DNA of 64,000 bases, taken from the NCBI GenBank assembly GCA_001179505.1, contig CDMY01000261.1, positions 62,001 through 126,000 on the forward strand. Reading direction: 5' to 3'. The stretch's first letter is position 1. Each line of letters begins with the position of its first letter. The stretch comes from Vitrella brassicaformis CCMP3155 (Eukaryota; Protista; Chromerida). Positions 24,130 through 36,287 of the stretch are shown here, in pieces. The position numbers and the translations under genes are program-made. The notes beneath the pieces were generated by a model, which was not told where the DNA came from, did no database searches, and saw only the letters and a list, made by a program, of their open reading frames with translations.

Positions 24130-24709
24130 CGGATGGCTGACCTGACTCGATCGCCGGGTGGTGGGTGAGGTCAGGTGACGTGTGTGGGTGCCAGTGGGGC
24201 GAGGGGAGCCGAGGGGAGCCGACGGTAGTGAATGAATGGAATGTATTGGTGGATGCGATGCGATCGGCGCAGCCGGGTCAGTCAGTCCCACGGGTCGATG
24301 GGCTGTGTGTACTGTACGACGGACGGACGGTAGGTGCAATGCAATGGGAGAGAGTGGTTAGTCGGTCGCTACGAATCGATGGGACTTTTGCCTAGTACTC
24401 ACGTGTGTGTGTTTGGCACAGACAGACAGACAGACTGGACGACCGAAGTCATGCTCGCTCACTCGTGTGCTTAAGGATAATTCAGTCAGATTTAATCCCT
24501 ACGGAGAATCCAATCCTCACAAACAAAGAAACACAACACGCCCGTGGCCAGGCCACATAGACACAGAAAGCCGCCTGCCTCAAGTCAATCAAGGAACCAA
24601 CCACCCAGCAACCAACCACACAGACAGAGACGTGCAGTGCACACGGACGGCTACACGCATCGGATGCATCGACAGGCATGCCATGCAGAGCGCTGCGCTG
24701 CACGTCATC

Positions 24710-26600
24710 TCATGTCATGTCCCCCATATCCCCCATACACACGTACTTGAGCTCCTGGTAGTCCTCCATGCCATACGAGGACCCCTGCACACACACACAA
24801 ACACACAGAGGGGAGAACTGTACTGTGTCCATCCATCCCTCCATCCCTCCTGGCTTATGCGGCTCAGCTGCTTACCTCCCGCCCGATCCCCGACTCCTTG
24901 ATGCCTGTCAGTCAGTCAGGACACGCGCAACGCACAGACGCAACGGTTGCAACAGGCAAATGGGTCCATTACAACAGGGCGGGGCAACGTGTGTACCTCC
25001 GAAGGGCGCTTCAACCGTCGAGAGTATGCCCGTGTTGACGGCCACCATCCCGTACTCGAGCCTCTCCGCCACACGCCACACACGAGTCACGTCACGAGTG
25101 AAGAAATAACCCGCCAAACCCACCGGTACCTGCACACACACACACACACATACACACACACACACACACATACATACAGAAACACACTGACAGCAGTGTC
25201 TGTCTTGTGGAGTTAGTTGGTGGCTGACGTTGTTGGCCTGTTGGATGACATCTTGCTCGTCCTCGAAGGCAAAGAGAGCAGCCAAGGGGCCGAAGATCTC
25301 CTCCTGCTGCAGATCTGCAGGTGCACTCAGATCCCTGGAGGCACAGACCGAACGACACACTTGATGAGCCAATCAATGGTATGAACGAGTGGAGGGAGAT
25401 TCACCCACCCACCTGCAGTCGAGCACCGAGGGCTCGACGAACGTGCCTTTTGCGAGGCGTGGGTCGTCGAGAGTTGGTGGCTGGCGGGAGGAGCCTCCAC
25501 ACAGCACCTTGGCACCTGAGACGTGAGTGACAACAAGGCAAGGCCGTCTCCCTCCCTCTCTCTCTCTCTCTCTCTGTCTGTGTGTGTATGTGTGTGTGTG
25601 TGCGTGTGCTACCCTTGCTGATGGCGTCTTGCCGCAGCCTGATGACCTTATCCACCCCTTGTTGGTTGATCATCGGCCCCACACTCACGCCCTCATCCAA
25701 ACCATGACCCATCTGACCCCCACACACACACACCTCCATAGACGTCTAACCAGGGGGAAGCATCTCCTCCCTCGCACACACAAGGCAGGCAGGCAGGCTG
25801 ACCTTGAGCTGGTTGACAGCCTCTGTGAGCCGCTGTGCAAACGGCTCGAAGACCGCTTTGTGGACGAAGAACCTGTTGGCGCAGACGCACGTCTGCCCGC
25901 CGCCGCGGAACTTGCACGCCACAGCCGACGCAACTGCGGTACACACACACCCACCCTCAACAGGGCACTCCATTCCCTTCACCCACACCTGACCTGCATT
26001 GTCGAGATCTGCGTCTTCGAACACAATGAAGGGCGCGTTGCCTGCAGTGCACACCATGCCCCGCCCCACACACAGCACAGTGGCCAGACTGACGTTGACG
26101 GATGGATGCGGGCAGCACGGCCACGGCCAGACACACCTCACCTCCCAGCTCGAGGGAGATCTTCTTGACGGTGCTGGCAGCCTGCTGCATCAGCAGCTTG
26201 CCCACCGCCGTGGAGCCAGTGAAGGATATCTTGCGCACCTACCCACAGGCAGGACAGGGAACAGACGGACCTAGACGTGACGTGCAGGTGTGTGTGTCCG
26301 TTGATGTATCCGATGCCTGTGACGCAGGCACCTACCCTACCTTCTGACTGGTGCACAGCTCCTCTCCCACCCTGGGTGTCTGATCATGCCCGCAGGGCAC
26401 CATGTTGATCACACCACTGGCGTCAACACACACACACACACACACACACACAGGCGCCATGGCATGTGTGTGCAGTGTGCCGTGTGCCTGTGTCCGTACC
26501 GTGGTATCCCGGCCTGCTCAGCGAGCTTCGCCAAGGCCAGCGCTGAGTAGGGCGTCAGCTCGGGTGGCTTGCACACCACAGTGCACCTGCGGTGGAGGAC

Positions 26601-26631
<31 letters not shown>

Positions 26632-27849
26632 GCATCCCCCGGGGACTGCAGCAGCTAGGCTGGGTCGCTTACCCTGCAGCAAGAGCTGCTGCCACTTTTC
26701 TCGTTATCATGGCAGAGGGAAAGTTCTGACAACACACACAAGAGACAGCATGGCCCACACGAAGGCACTGCACTGGTTGGCCAGTGGGCCGACGTCACCC
26801 ACCCACCCAAGGAGTGATGATGCCGCACACGCCGACAGGATGCTTCAGGACCACGATGCGCCGATCGGCCTGGGGAGCAGGGATCACATGGCCTGAGCGA
26901 GACAACAACGAAGCGGTGGATGGACACAGTGGGCGGCGCAGGTGTGTGTCTCGTTTGTTTGCTGTCTGGGCTGACTGACTGACCGTAGGCCCTTCTCGCC
27001 TCCTCTGCAAACCACTCGATGTAGTTGGCGGCGTAGGTGATCTCACCCCTGCAGGACCCGTAAACAGGTATACACACACACATACACACACACACACACA
27101 CACGGGTTTCCTTTGCTACGGACGGCAGGGGGGGAGGCAGCCTTGCTTACACGGCCTCCTTGATGGGTTTGCCGTTCTCGAGTGTCATGAGCCTGGCCAG
27201 CTCGTCCTTGCGGCCCATCATTAGCTCATACCACTTGTAGAGGAGTGCTCCTCGATGCTTAGGAGTGGTATCGCGCCAGTGCTTGAAGGCCGCCTCGGCC
27301 GCACTTACGGCGTCGGCTGTGTCCTCCCGGCCCATCGATGCCACACTCCCCAACACCTCACCAGTGGCAGGATCTGAATGAAGAACGAATGAAGCAACCA
27401 AGCCATGCACACAGGTGTGATCGATCGTCTTCCTACCCTTGACGTCGAACGTTTTGCCGCTGCGCGCCGCTCGCCACTCGCCATTGATATACCCCAACTG
27501 AATGAACCAGACAGGCAGGCAGGCAGACATGCACTGTCACGCTTTGCACTGCAGTGGCAGATTTCCACACATATGATCCCACCTGAAGATCTCCAGGCTC
27601 AAAAGATGGGCCCGCTGCTTCGTTGGCCATTGTAGCAACGCCCCGAGCCCCTCCAAGCCGCTGCACGTGCCGCAATGAGTACACAACACGGGGACCACTC
27701 GACGCCGTTGTGTACAGGCGGCGGAACGGTTTGAGAGATGGACGGTGAAAAAACGCTGCGGCGAGTGTGGTGACAAAAGAGAGCGGTGCAGCTGGTGACT
27801 TGGCGGGATGAGCGATGGATAGAGAACGGGAAAGGGTGAGTGCACTCAT
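24710..27849 (-). CDS. SSADH: Succinate-semialdehyde dehydrogenase (ALDH5/GabD family), probable mitochondrial presequence
   Basis: Motifs [126 protein letters not shown]. The N-terminus is R/S/A-rich. Confidence 0.93.
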
Positions 27850-27958
27850 GGGAACATCCTATTTCCGGCTGATCTCCGTCGAAATCGAATCAGCAGTGTA
27901 GATGGGTGGCCGTAGAGCCTTCCAGCAGCTCCCGCACGCTCGAAACCTCCCTCACATT

Positions 27959-27988
27959 TGCGAGCTAAAGGATGTGCGTCTGCGAGCT
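27959..27988 (+). promoter_or_regulatory. Two TGCGAGCT motifs (27959-27966, 27981-27988) in the divergent gap between SSADH and the secreted protein
   Basis: attTGCGAGCTaaag and gtcTGCGAGCTtag in the 254-nt gap. Confidence 0.6.
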
Positions 27989-28103
27989 TAGCGGACACTC
28001 TCTCTTCGCTCTGTTCTTCCACGCGGCGACTCTAGTTCAAGTGTCGCTCTCAAGGCTCTGGATCTTTAAGCTTTTGTAAGGTCAGGGCGTCGCAGCGTCC
28101 GTC

Positions 28104-29118
28104 ATGCTGCTGCTGGCGATGAAGGGCACAGCTGCCGTCCTCTCCTTTGCGTATGTCATGTGCTCTCCTGCAGTCGGCCAGAAGGTGGGTCGCCTTTATG
28201 AGGATGCACAGCACTGCAGTGTGTCATCCATCGGTTGATGTAAGTATCTTCCTATCTTACTGGCGACTTGTTTGTCTGTCTGCAGGTGAGCATTTCCTAT
28301 CCCCCGGCGCGTGAGCACTCCGCCCGGTTGTTGAGAGGCGTGCGAGCGCTCCAAGTCAGCCGAGCGGACAACAACCCTTGCAAACCCTATGAGGGGACAG
28401 GCTGTGAGTACCCCGAGATCTGCCGCGCCTCCCAAGAGAATGGAGAGCCCTGGGTTCTGTGGTGCGAAAACCCAGAAGGTTTGCAATGAGTGCACTCACA
28501 AAGAAATCAAACCGCCACCAATCTGATGCTCTGTTGTGCCGTTGCTTGTCGTGTGTGGTCTGCTGGGCTGGCTTGCCCGCAATCAGATGGTACCCGTCGG
28601 GAGCCGGAGGGCCAGGCCAACGACGGTGCTCTGGGCAGCTTCGTCTCGCCCTGCCACCCCTACAGGGACAGCGGATGCGTCTATCCTGAGGTACCTACCG
28701 ACATACACCCACCCCAACCCAAACACAGGGACTGCACTGTCTGTCACACATGTCATGTTGGCAGGTGTGTCAGGCCAGCCAGGGATATCAGGAAGGCTGG
28801 AGGGTAGTCTGCGAGAACCCAAGTGAGCCCAAACCACCAAAACAATCCCCTGGGTCGGATGCATGCCCATTTGTTGGGTGTGGTGATCGCTTGCAGCCGA
28901 TGGCACGGTTCGCGACCCGACTGAGCCTGGAGGCGGTGGTGGTGGTGGCAACACGACAGAAGAAGACCCCGCGTATTCCACGAGTAACCCGTGTGAGCCC
29001 TGGGAGGAGTCTGGGTGTTTTGGCGAGGAGATGTGCATGGCTGAGAAGCACTGGGACAGCAGCCAGAGCTTCGAGTCAGTGCCCTGGGTCATCTGGTGCG
29101 AAACCGAGTGTAAGTCAA

Positions 29119-29151
<33 letters not shown>

Positions 29152-29821
29152 TCGACCATCTATCTATTCATGGGTCTGTCTGAATCTCTCTCTGTGTGTG
29201 CCAGCTGGCGAGAAGCGCTACATCACGCCCCACATTGACCCTCCCAGCTCTCCGGAGGCATCAGTGGCGGTCACGCCACCGATAGATCCTATCGACCCGC
29301 AGGAAGCCGACCCTGCCCCCGCCCCTCCAACAGCATCAGCGTCAGCAGGATCGTCAGCGACGCCAGACGACGCCCCCGCGACACAGGCAGACCTCCCGGC
29401 CATCTCTTCCGGCACCGCAGACGACCCCACCGCCCTCACTGAGGGCTCTGGGTCGTCTGCGGCGACGTCCGCCCCGCCGGTGACCGACACGGAGGAGGAA
29501 GAGGAGCCCGTTGAGGAGGAAGTCAGTGAGTCGACCGCCCCGCCGCTGGAGGAAGACCCGGACCTGCTGGGCAAGATCACGTCGGGCTCGGATGAGGGGA
29601 CCGACACGGAGACCGACACGGAGGCTGGGGAGGGTGAAAGTGACGGCGAGGGGGAGGGGGAGGCAGCGAGCGATGGAGGCGAGAGTGGCGGCGAGAGCAG
29701 CACTGAAGATGGGAGTCAGTCCTCAGAGGCGGAGGGTGCTGACGGGGCTGTTGCTGGCGCGCCAGGTGCCGGAAGCAGCTCCTACACACCAGCGGGCGGG
29801 GGCATCCTGCCTGCACCCTAG
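28104..29821 (+). CDS. Secreted protein with three 4-Cys repeats and an acidic S/T/P/E-rich tail, 6 exons
   Basis: Exons 28104-28184, 28286-28478, 28587-28690, 28765-28822, 28897-29109, 29205-29821, all phase-consistent. Signal peptide MLLLAMKGTAAVLSFAYVMCSPAVG. Confidence 0.8.
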
Positions 29822-31032
29822 ACAGGCAGGCAGGCAGACGTGAACTCATACATGAAGGCAGTTCTGTGCGGTTGGCTCGTCGCTGTGTGTGTGTGTGTGT
29901 GAGTGTGTGTGTGCATGTGTGTGTGCATGTGTGTGTGAAGGAGCGATGGATGGGCTGGCTGTTTTGTCAATGCATAGACGGTAGCTGGCAATGCAAGCAA
30001 GGCATGTGAATACGTACATGTGACATGTACGTGCGTGCGTGCATGTCCCTCCTCTCTCCACCCACCCACCCTCCGTGTTTTTCCTTCGTGTGCGGCCCAG
30101 CACATACACGAATACACGACAGTGTATGTAATGTGGTGCCCACACAGAGACGTACGTACGGAATTTTGTTTCATGCATGCATCATGACGGTCTTAAGAGA
30201 TGGCTGCCATTGGCTGGCTGGTGGCTGGCGGCTGGGCGTGGGGTTTTAGACGGGTTTGTGTGCGGTGGGTGGGTGGGGCGGTACGTGTATGTGTGTGAAT
30301 ATGGGTGTGGTAGAGTGTTAGTCGTGGGTGGTACGGTGGTGCGGTACGGTGTGCGGTGTGGTGTTTTATAACATTTTTGTCGACGTGTCGGGTTCGCTAG
30401 TCATGCGCACGCTTGCCGGCCGGCGTGATTGTTAGTGATTGATGAAGCAAGCCGTTTTTGAGGGATTGATCAGATCAGATAGATCTGATCAGCAGCTAGG
30501 CGCCTTATTCCACGCATGCCATGCATTTGGTCATTTTGACTCCCAAACAGACAAACACAGACACGGACAAACCGACGAACTGGCATGCACTTTTTGATGA
30601 ATTCCCTGCTGATGGGATTGCAGCCTTTAATTGCCGATTGCTCTGCCACCATACTGCATTAAGAGTGAGGCTGCCAAAGGGTTCGGGTGCAGGGTTCGGG
30701 TTGGGGGGTTTGGCCGGCTGGCGGCGCGAGGGGATTTTCCGCCAGTCGGGCAGCGTTCGTCTCACCTGCGTCTGGTCGTGGCGCAGTGGCCCGCTCCCCG
30801 CCGCCGTCGAGTCCGACCTTCAAGTTGACGGCTAGTTTGTGCTGCACTGAGTCACTCCCTCCCCGTACGTGAGCGAAGCACTGAGTGACACAAGGCAGCC
30901 GGCGACGGTGTGCGTGAAGCAACTATCCCGATTGCAAAGATGCGGCAAACCGTTGGGGGCCTCGGACTGGAGTGACTGTCTCAGCCTCTGTCTGGCTGTA
31001 CCATTGCAGGTTTGAGCTGAGTTTGAGCGACG

Positions 31033-33113
31033 ATGGCCCAGCGTGAGTATCGGAGGGAGTCTGAGCGGCGACAGGGGCAGGAGAGCGTCAGGCTCCGAAT
31101 GCCGATTGAGGAACAGGGCCGACAGGTGGCCCACCAGCTGCAGCTTCAACAGCCTGAGGGTGGCCGGCAGGGGCAGGCCGAGTTGCCTGCTCGCGTGCCA
31201 ACACGGGAGACGGCAGACTATGGGGCCAGGTACGTGCCCGACCAGACGGTGGACGCCGCCCCGTTCCTCGACGGACCGGCTGCAGGAGGGCTCCCCGTCT
31301 CCGTCAACCGCCGCACGGAGTATCAGGGCACAAACCAACGCAATGGCGCCGACCTGTTCTCCGAATACACCCAAGTAGACCAAGTCACCAAACACCTACG
31401 AGTGAATGGATGTCGCCATTCGTCGCTCTCTTTGTGTCTATCGGTCGGTCGTCAGGTGCGCGGCGCAGTGGGCTATGCGCGGCTGACAGGACGAGACGGG
31501 GACGTCAGAGGGGGCTATGGAGACGGTCACATGACGGGCCACCCATACCAGTACACGGCCAGCTACCGTTATGAGGTGAGTCTTCCCTCCTTGTATGCAC
31601 TCACCCATACACATCCATTGCTCTCTCTGCTCCCTCTCACCTTTCAGCCCGCAGCCTACGACGCCTATGAATTCGCCTACCCATATTTGCGTCCGGAGGA
31701 GCCCCAGCGTCCGGCCGGATACCCCAGCCAGATGAGCAGGGAGGCGCAGCAGTATGGCAGCGGCCGCCTCACGTCGACTGGACAGAACGACGCCTACGGT
31801 GGTGCTCCTCTCAGCACTCGGCCACACCGATATGATGGGCGGCTTCCCTCATACTCGCAGCACCAGACCAACCACGGCCTCAGCTGGGACGGAGTGGGCG
31901 GCCAGCCGGACTACTCCTCGCGTCGAGCCTACCGCGTTCCAAGCAACATCAGCAAAGTCAGCAAGTCATCGGTCGTGTCCCGAGGCACCCAGTGCAGCAT
32001 CGTGACCACACAGACGGCAGTCGGGCCCCGGAACAAGACGCGTGGTGCGTCGCGACACCACCACCACCACCAGCAGGTGAAGGAGATGGCCAGTTTGGTG
32101 GGCCGCTACGCGCCGCCACCGGACACCCACAACACCCACAATGGTCAGGACAACGGATCAGGTGGCGGTTTGTTCGGCGGGATGTTCTCCGGCTTGGGCT
32201 CCCTCCTGGGTGGGGGCCGGGCCGCTAGAGGTGAGGAGGGGTGTGGTGAGATGAGAAACACATGGCCCTTCTCTGTCACTATCTTGTACATCGTCGACAC
32301 GTCTGTCCGTCTGTCTGTCTGTCTCTCTGTCTCTCTGTCTGTCTGTGTCAGCGGTGCGAGAGGAGACACGAGAGTCCCCACCGGGCCACCGCACCAATCG
32401 CCGACACGTCGATGACGACCGCTACGCCTATGGTGCCCAGGTGAGTCTCACCAACACAGTGGTCACGTACATACGCCATCCGTTGGTCATGCTGTGTCTG
32501 TTTGTCCTTCTGTCAGGGTGAGTCGTACGAGTCCCGCTACCACCGAGAACCCAAGATGGACAGGCAGCAGGCTATTGAGGCCTACGCGAGGGAGCTGGAC
32601 AATTGGAAGGGCTTCTGGGAGATGGAGCTGCAGGAGCGCTCGGAGATCCAAGAGCGGCTCCGCCGACAACTCGAGGAGCAGGCGGCGGAGCGGGAGAAGA
32701 AAATGGAGCGCTTCCACCGACAACAGAAGGAGAAAATGGAGCGTGAGTGGCGTGAAGTGGAGGCCAAGAAGGACGAAATGCGCCGCAAAGAACAGGAGCT
32801 CGAGGAGAAAAAGAAGCAACTCGACCAGCAGCTGCAGCAGCTGCAACACCAGATGCAGCAGCTGCAATGCCAGCAGCGGCAGCGTTTCAAGAGCGACAAC
32901 GAGACGGCAGACAACCAGCAGCCTTCGAGCGCCTCTGACACCGTCCCCCCGACCCCAACTGGAGCAGTGCAGGAGGCATCCAGAGTGGCTGAAGGAGACG
33001 CCACTGGCGAGCGACAGCGGGCCCGCCAGATGCTGCAGGAGCTCGAGAGCAATCCCCACTTCAAGAACCCCACTGTGCCATCCGCCAGTGGTGGGCGCCC
33101 ACACGAGGTGTAG
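31033..33113 (+). CDS. Hypothetical protein, tandem copy A: Y/G/S-rich disordered region plus E/Q/K/R coiled coil, 5 exons
   Basis: Open spliced frame from MAQREY.. to ..GRPHEV*; coiled coil ELDNWKGFWEMELQERSEIQERLRRQLEEQ.. Confidence 0.75.
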
Positions 33114-34015
33114 GCTGGCCCGTATGCACGGCCGCTCGTTGCAACAGACAGTCTGAGAGTGAGAAGAAGTGTGTGTTCATGAGCCAATGAAATGAATGGC
33201 CGGCTGGCCGTCTGAGTGACTTGCCCGTTGTGTTTGTTTGGACGGTTATGGATGCATAGAGCGCTCGGACAAGTCTATGCCTTGAAGCATTGCAGACGGC
33301 CCTCTCACTGCATGGCGCGTCCCCCCCCTTCTAACACACACGCACGGCATTGCAATTCAGCATTGATTCGATCACCGCCCCGCTCTTCGCCCTTCACTAC
33401 AAGCGCTACATGGCCAGAACACTGACCCAGCATGGACAGGGACCGTTCGAACGGAGTGAATGGGTGGGTGGGTGGGTGACTACTGCCTCACACACGCGGG
33501 ATTGAATCCATGTACTGTACCCTGATCCTCAAGGACTGTGATCCACTTGACATCCTCGGGACTCTGATCTTCGCCTCGCTGCTGACGCGCGACCAGCCCA
33601 TGGGCCCGGCCGACCGCACCTCGACCAGCACCCAACGCCAAGACAGACTAGACGGGCACAGGCTCTCTTCGCGTACGCCGAGACTAATCTACCTTCCTTC
33701 CTTCCTTCCTCTCACTGAGTGTGCCTGTGTGCCGCTGGCCTCCGTGCCGATTGTCTAGCCTCGTGCCTATTTCGATCAAGGAGTGTCGTGCGCTTCGAAC
33801 ATTTCAAAGGAAGCACACGCAGGTATATCAAGGAGTTGCAGTGCGCGCAGGTAAGCCCGCAGACGCCCCCAGGTGTGCATGCACGATCCACTCGTGTTGG
33901 CCGCATGCACAGCTGGGGGCGCAGCTCTCACGGCGCAAAGGCCTGTTGGTGTTGGCCGCAAAACCAAAAGCCTGCTTTCTCCCATCAACCAAAGCCCCCG
34001 TTGTGTGCCGTGACG

Positions 34016-34569
34016 ATGGCCTTCCTGAGACTCCCGCTGTTCGTTGTCGCAGTGGCGCTCGCCGCGGGGCTGGGCGGCAGCCCCGTCTGCGGCAAGCACA
34101 TCCGCACCGAGGGCAGCCAGCTCACAGGTGGGCAGGCACGCATGCAGCACCAACGAGGCTGGTGCATTGCAATGTCACAGTGCACTCGTTGATGCCGTTG
34201 CATGCGCCCGTGAATGATGCATTCAGAGGTGACCGTCAAGGGATGCAAGGACGACGCCGAGTGCCCCAAGCACCCTTTCGAGACGGACAAGTGCTACAAG
34301 GAGGTCAACTCCTTCGGGAAAGTTTCCGCCGAGGGCCGCTGCAAGGTGCGAATTCAATTGTTTGAATTACAGTATTGAGGCAATTGAATCGTCAACCCGC
34401 ATGCGCATTGACCGTCGCTTTGTGCCATGCGTGCATGGCAGGAGGTGACTATGGCGACTACTGTGACACGTTTTTCGGGCACGGGTGTGGCTCGGGGCTG
34501 GTGTGCCTCCCGGTGGACTACCTCGAGCCCCTGTACAAGCTGAGGAAGCTCACCCGCACCTGCGTCTAA
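34016..34569 (+). CDS. Small secreted Cys-rich peptide (Dickkopf/colipase-like Cys spacing), 3 exons
   Basis: Signal MAFLRLPLFVVAVALAAGLGGSPVCG; exon 2 GCKDDAECPKHPFETDKCYKE..GRCK; exon 3 GDYCDTFFGHGCGSGLVCLP..RTCV*. The canonical exon 2/3 phases do not match. Confidence 0.55.
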
Positions 34570-35617
34570 CATCACTGCGGCCAGCGAACGAATTAGAAAA
34601 CCGCCATTTTGTTTTCCTTTTCTTTTGGCGGGGTGCTGAGTTGGGTGGAAGACACGAGTGAGCTGCATGCAGTCTGTCTGTCTGTCTGAATGTCTGTCTG
34701 TCTGTCTGTCTCGTCACGTGGGGGATGTGTGTGTGTGCGCAGGGGGGATGGGGGGGATGAGCAGAGAGAGTAGCGAGGGCCGACAGGCACACCGATTGAC
34801 AGAGAGAACGATGTCATGCAGTAATGATGTGACAGGCGGGTCACAGCCGCGACACTTGCGGTCGATCATCAGCAGTTGGTATCAATGACATTATACAGAC
34901 ACACACGAGAAGTCAGGCTCCCCCACCCCGAGGAATCGACAGACACAGTCGTTAAAGCCCTCACAACCCCCGTATATCAAATCGTTCGCACGTCCCCATC
35001 CCTCGCCTTCACATATGAGATATGTCGCCGCCTTTTTTCAACAGCACCAGGCACAGGGGCATCTACCGACATGAGCTGAGCTGCCCGCCTCACTGCCTCT
35101 CCCCGCCGAAGGCCACAATATCCTCCAGGCCGTCTTCTCTGCCCACGTCAAACACCCACCCATTGCTTTGTACCTCTCCCCACACACGGCACAGCTCCGG
35201 CCCCGCAGCCACGCCTCCACGCTCACAACCGTCAGCCACGTGGCGAACCAGAGGGTCAAGCTGCACTTGCCCGTGTGCCCTGTGACGGGGCACACACAGG
35301 CACTCTCGATGACACGAATGGCCGCCTCCTTCTGCGAATGATCCACTAAAAGACGTCCGATTTCCCACACAGGGGCAGTGACAGCTGGGCTGACGGCGGG
35401 GCCCAGGATGCCAATATATGGCAGATCCGGTAGACGGATAGGAGATTCATCGCCGTCTCGACGGACACACACGGCCGCTGTCTGCATGATTTGCAGCGTC
35501 CACCGTGAGCTGTTGCCGACGCGCTGTCATCTCGCCAGCTGCGGCCCGGAGAAGAACGCTGGCGAAGTCAGCAAGATTGACGCTGTTGTTCTCCTTGAGC
35601 TGCGCCTGGCACTAGTG

Positions 35618-36152
35618 TCAGGAGGGTGAGTGGCCGTGACGCCTTGTGATGCCCTTCAGGTCCACCACCAGAACCCTCAGGATATCCTGACGCACACACA
35701 CAGAGACAGACAGACAGACAGACACGCTCCGAATCACACTCTATTGGGGTAAGCCAATCGTCGGCAAGGAGGCTTGGCACGGAGTGCAGTGAGTTGGGTG
35801 ACAGGACGGCCGTAATCTTGCCCTCGAAGCCCTTATATACTGGCCGTTTCACGAGCCCAGCCACCCACACAACGCTGCCCACAGTCAAAGGCACAGGCCT
35901 GAACACACAACGGCAGCAAGTACACACACGGCTGGCCCCTCTCTCGCCCTCCCTCTTTCAGCCACCTACCTGTCTTGGCCCGTCAGATGTGCGGTCTGCT
36001 TGGGCATTGCAGTGATCTCAACGTCGCGTATCCGTATGGACGCCCTCACCGCCTCCGCCTCGACATCCCTGTACACACACACACGCATACACACGCGCAC
36101 AGACGGACGTGCTGTGTTTGCGGATGAGCAAGCCAGTGCGGTGCCCGCTCAT
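35618..36152 (-). CDS. Possible hypothetical protein with a KOW/SH3-like strand motif
   Basis: Three phase-consistent exons: MSGHRTGLLIRKHST / DVEAEAVRASIRIRDVEI.. / RPVPLTVGSVVWVAGLVKRPVYKGFEGKITAVL. The 3' end is uncertain. Confidence 0.4.
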
Positions 36153-36237
36153 CACAGGATCTATATGATCTGCACTCGGAGGAGTGAACTCATCTTCGCT
36201 GCGGAGGAAAGATGTTCTCACTGTTGAATGGGTTCGG

Positions 36238-36261
36238 GTTTCAGGGTACAAACCCTGAAAC
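36238..36261. repeat. Perfect 10-bp inverted repeat with a 4-nt loop
   Basis: GTTTCAGGGT-acaa-ACCCTGAAAC. Confidence 0.85.
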
Positions 36262-36287
36262 TTCTAAGATTGAGCGGAGTTTCAGCG

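Noticed and set aside
30678-30710. Interstitial telomere array
   Set aside because: Only two or three imperfect units; kept only as context for the 36238 hairpin.
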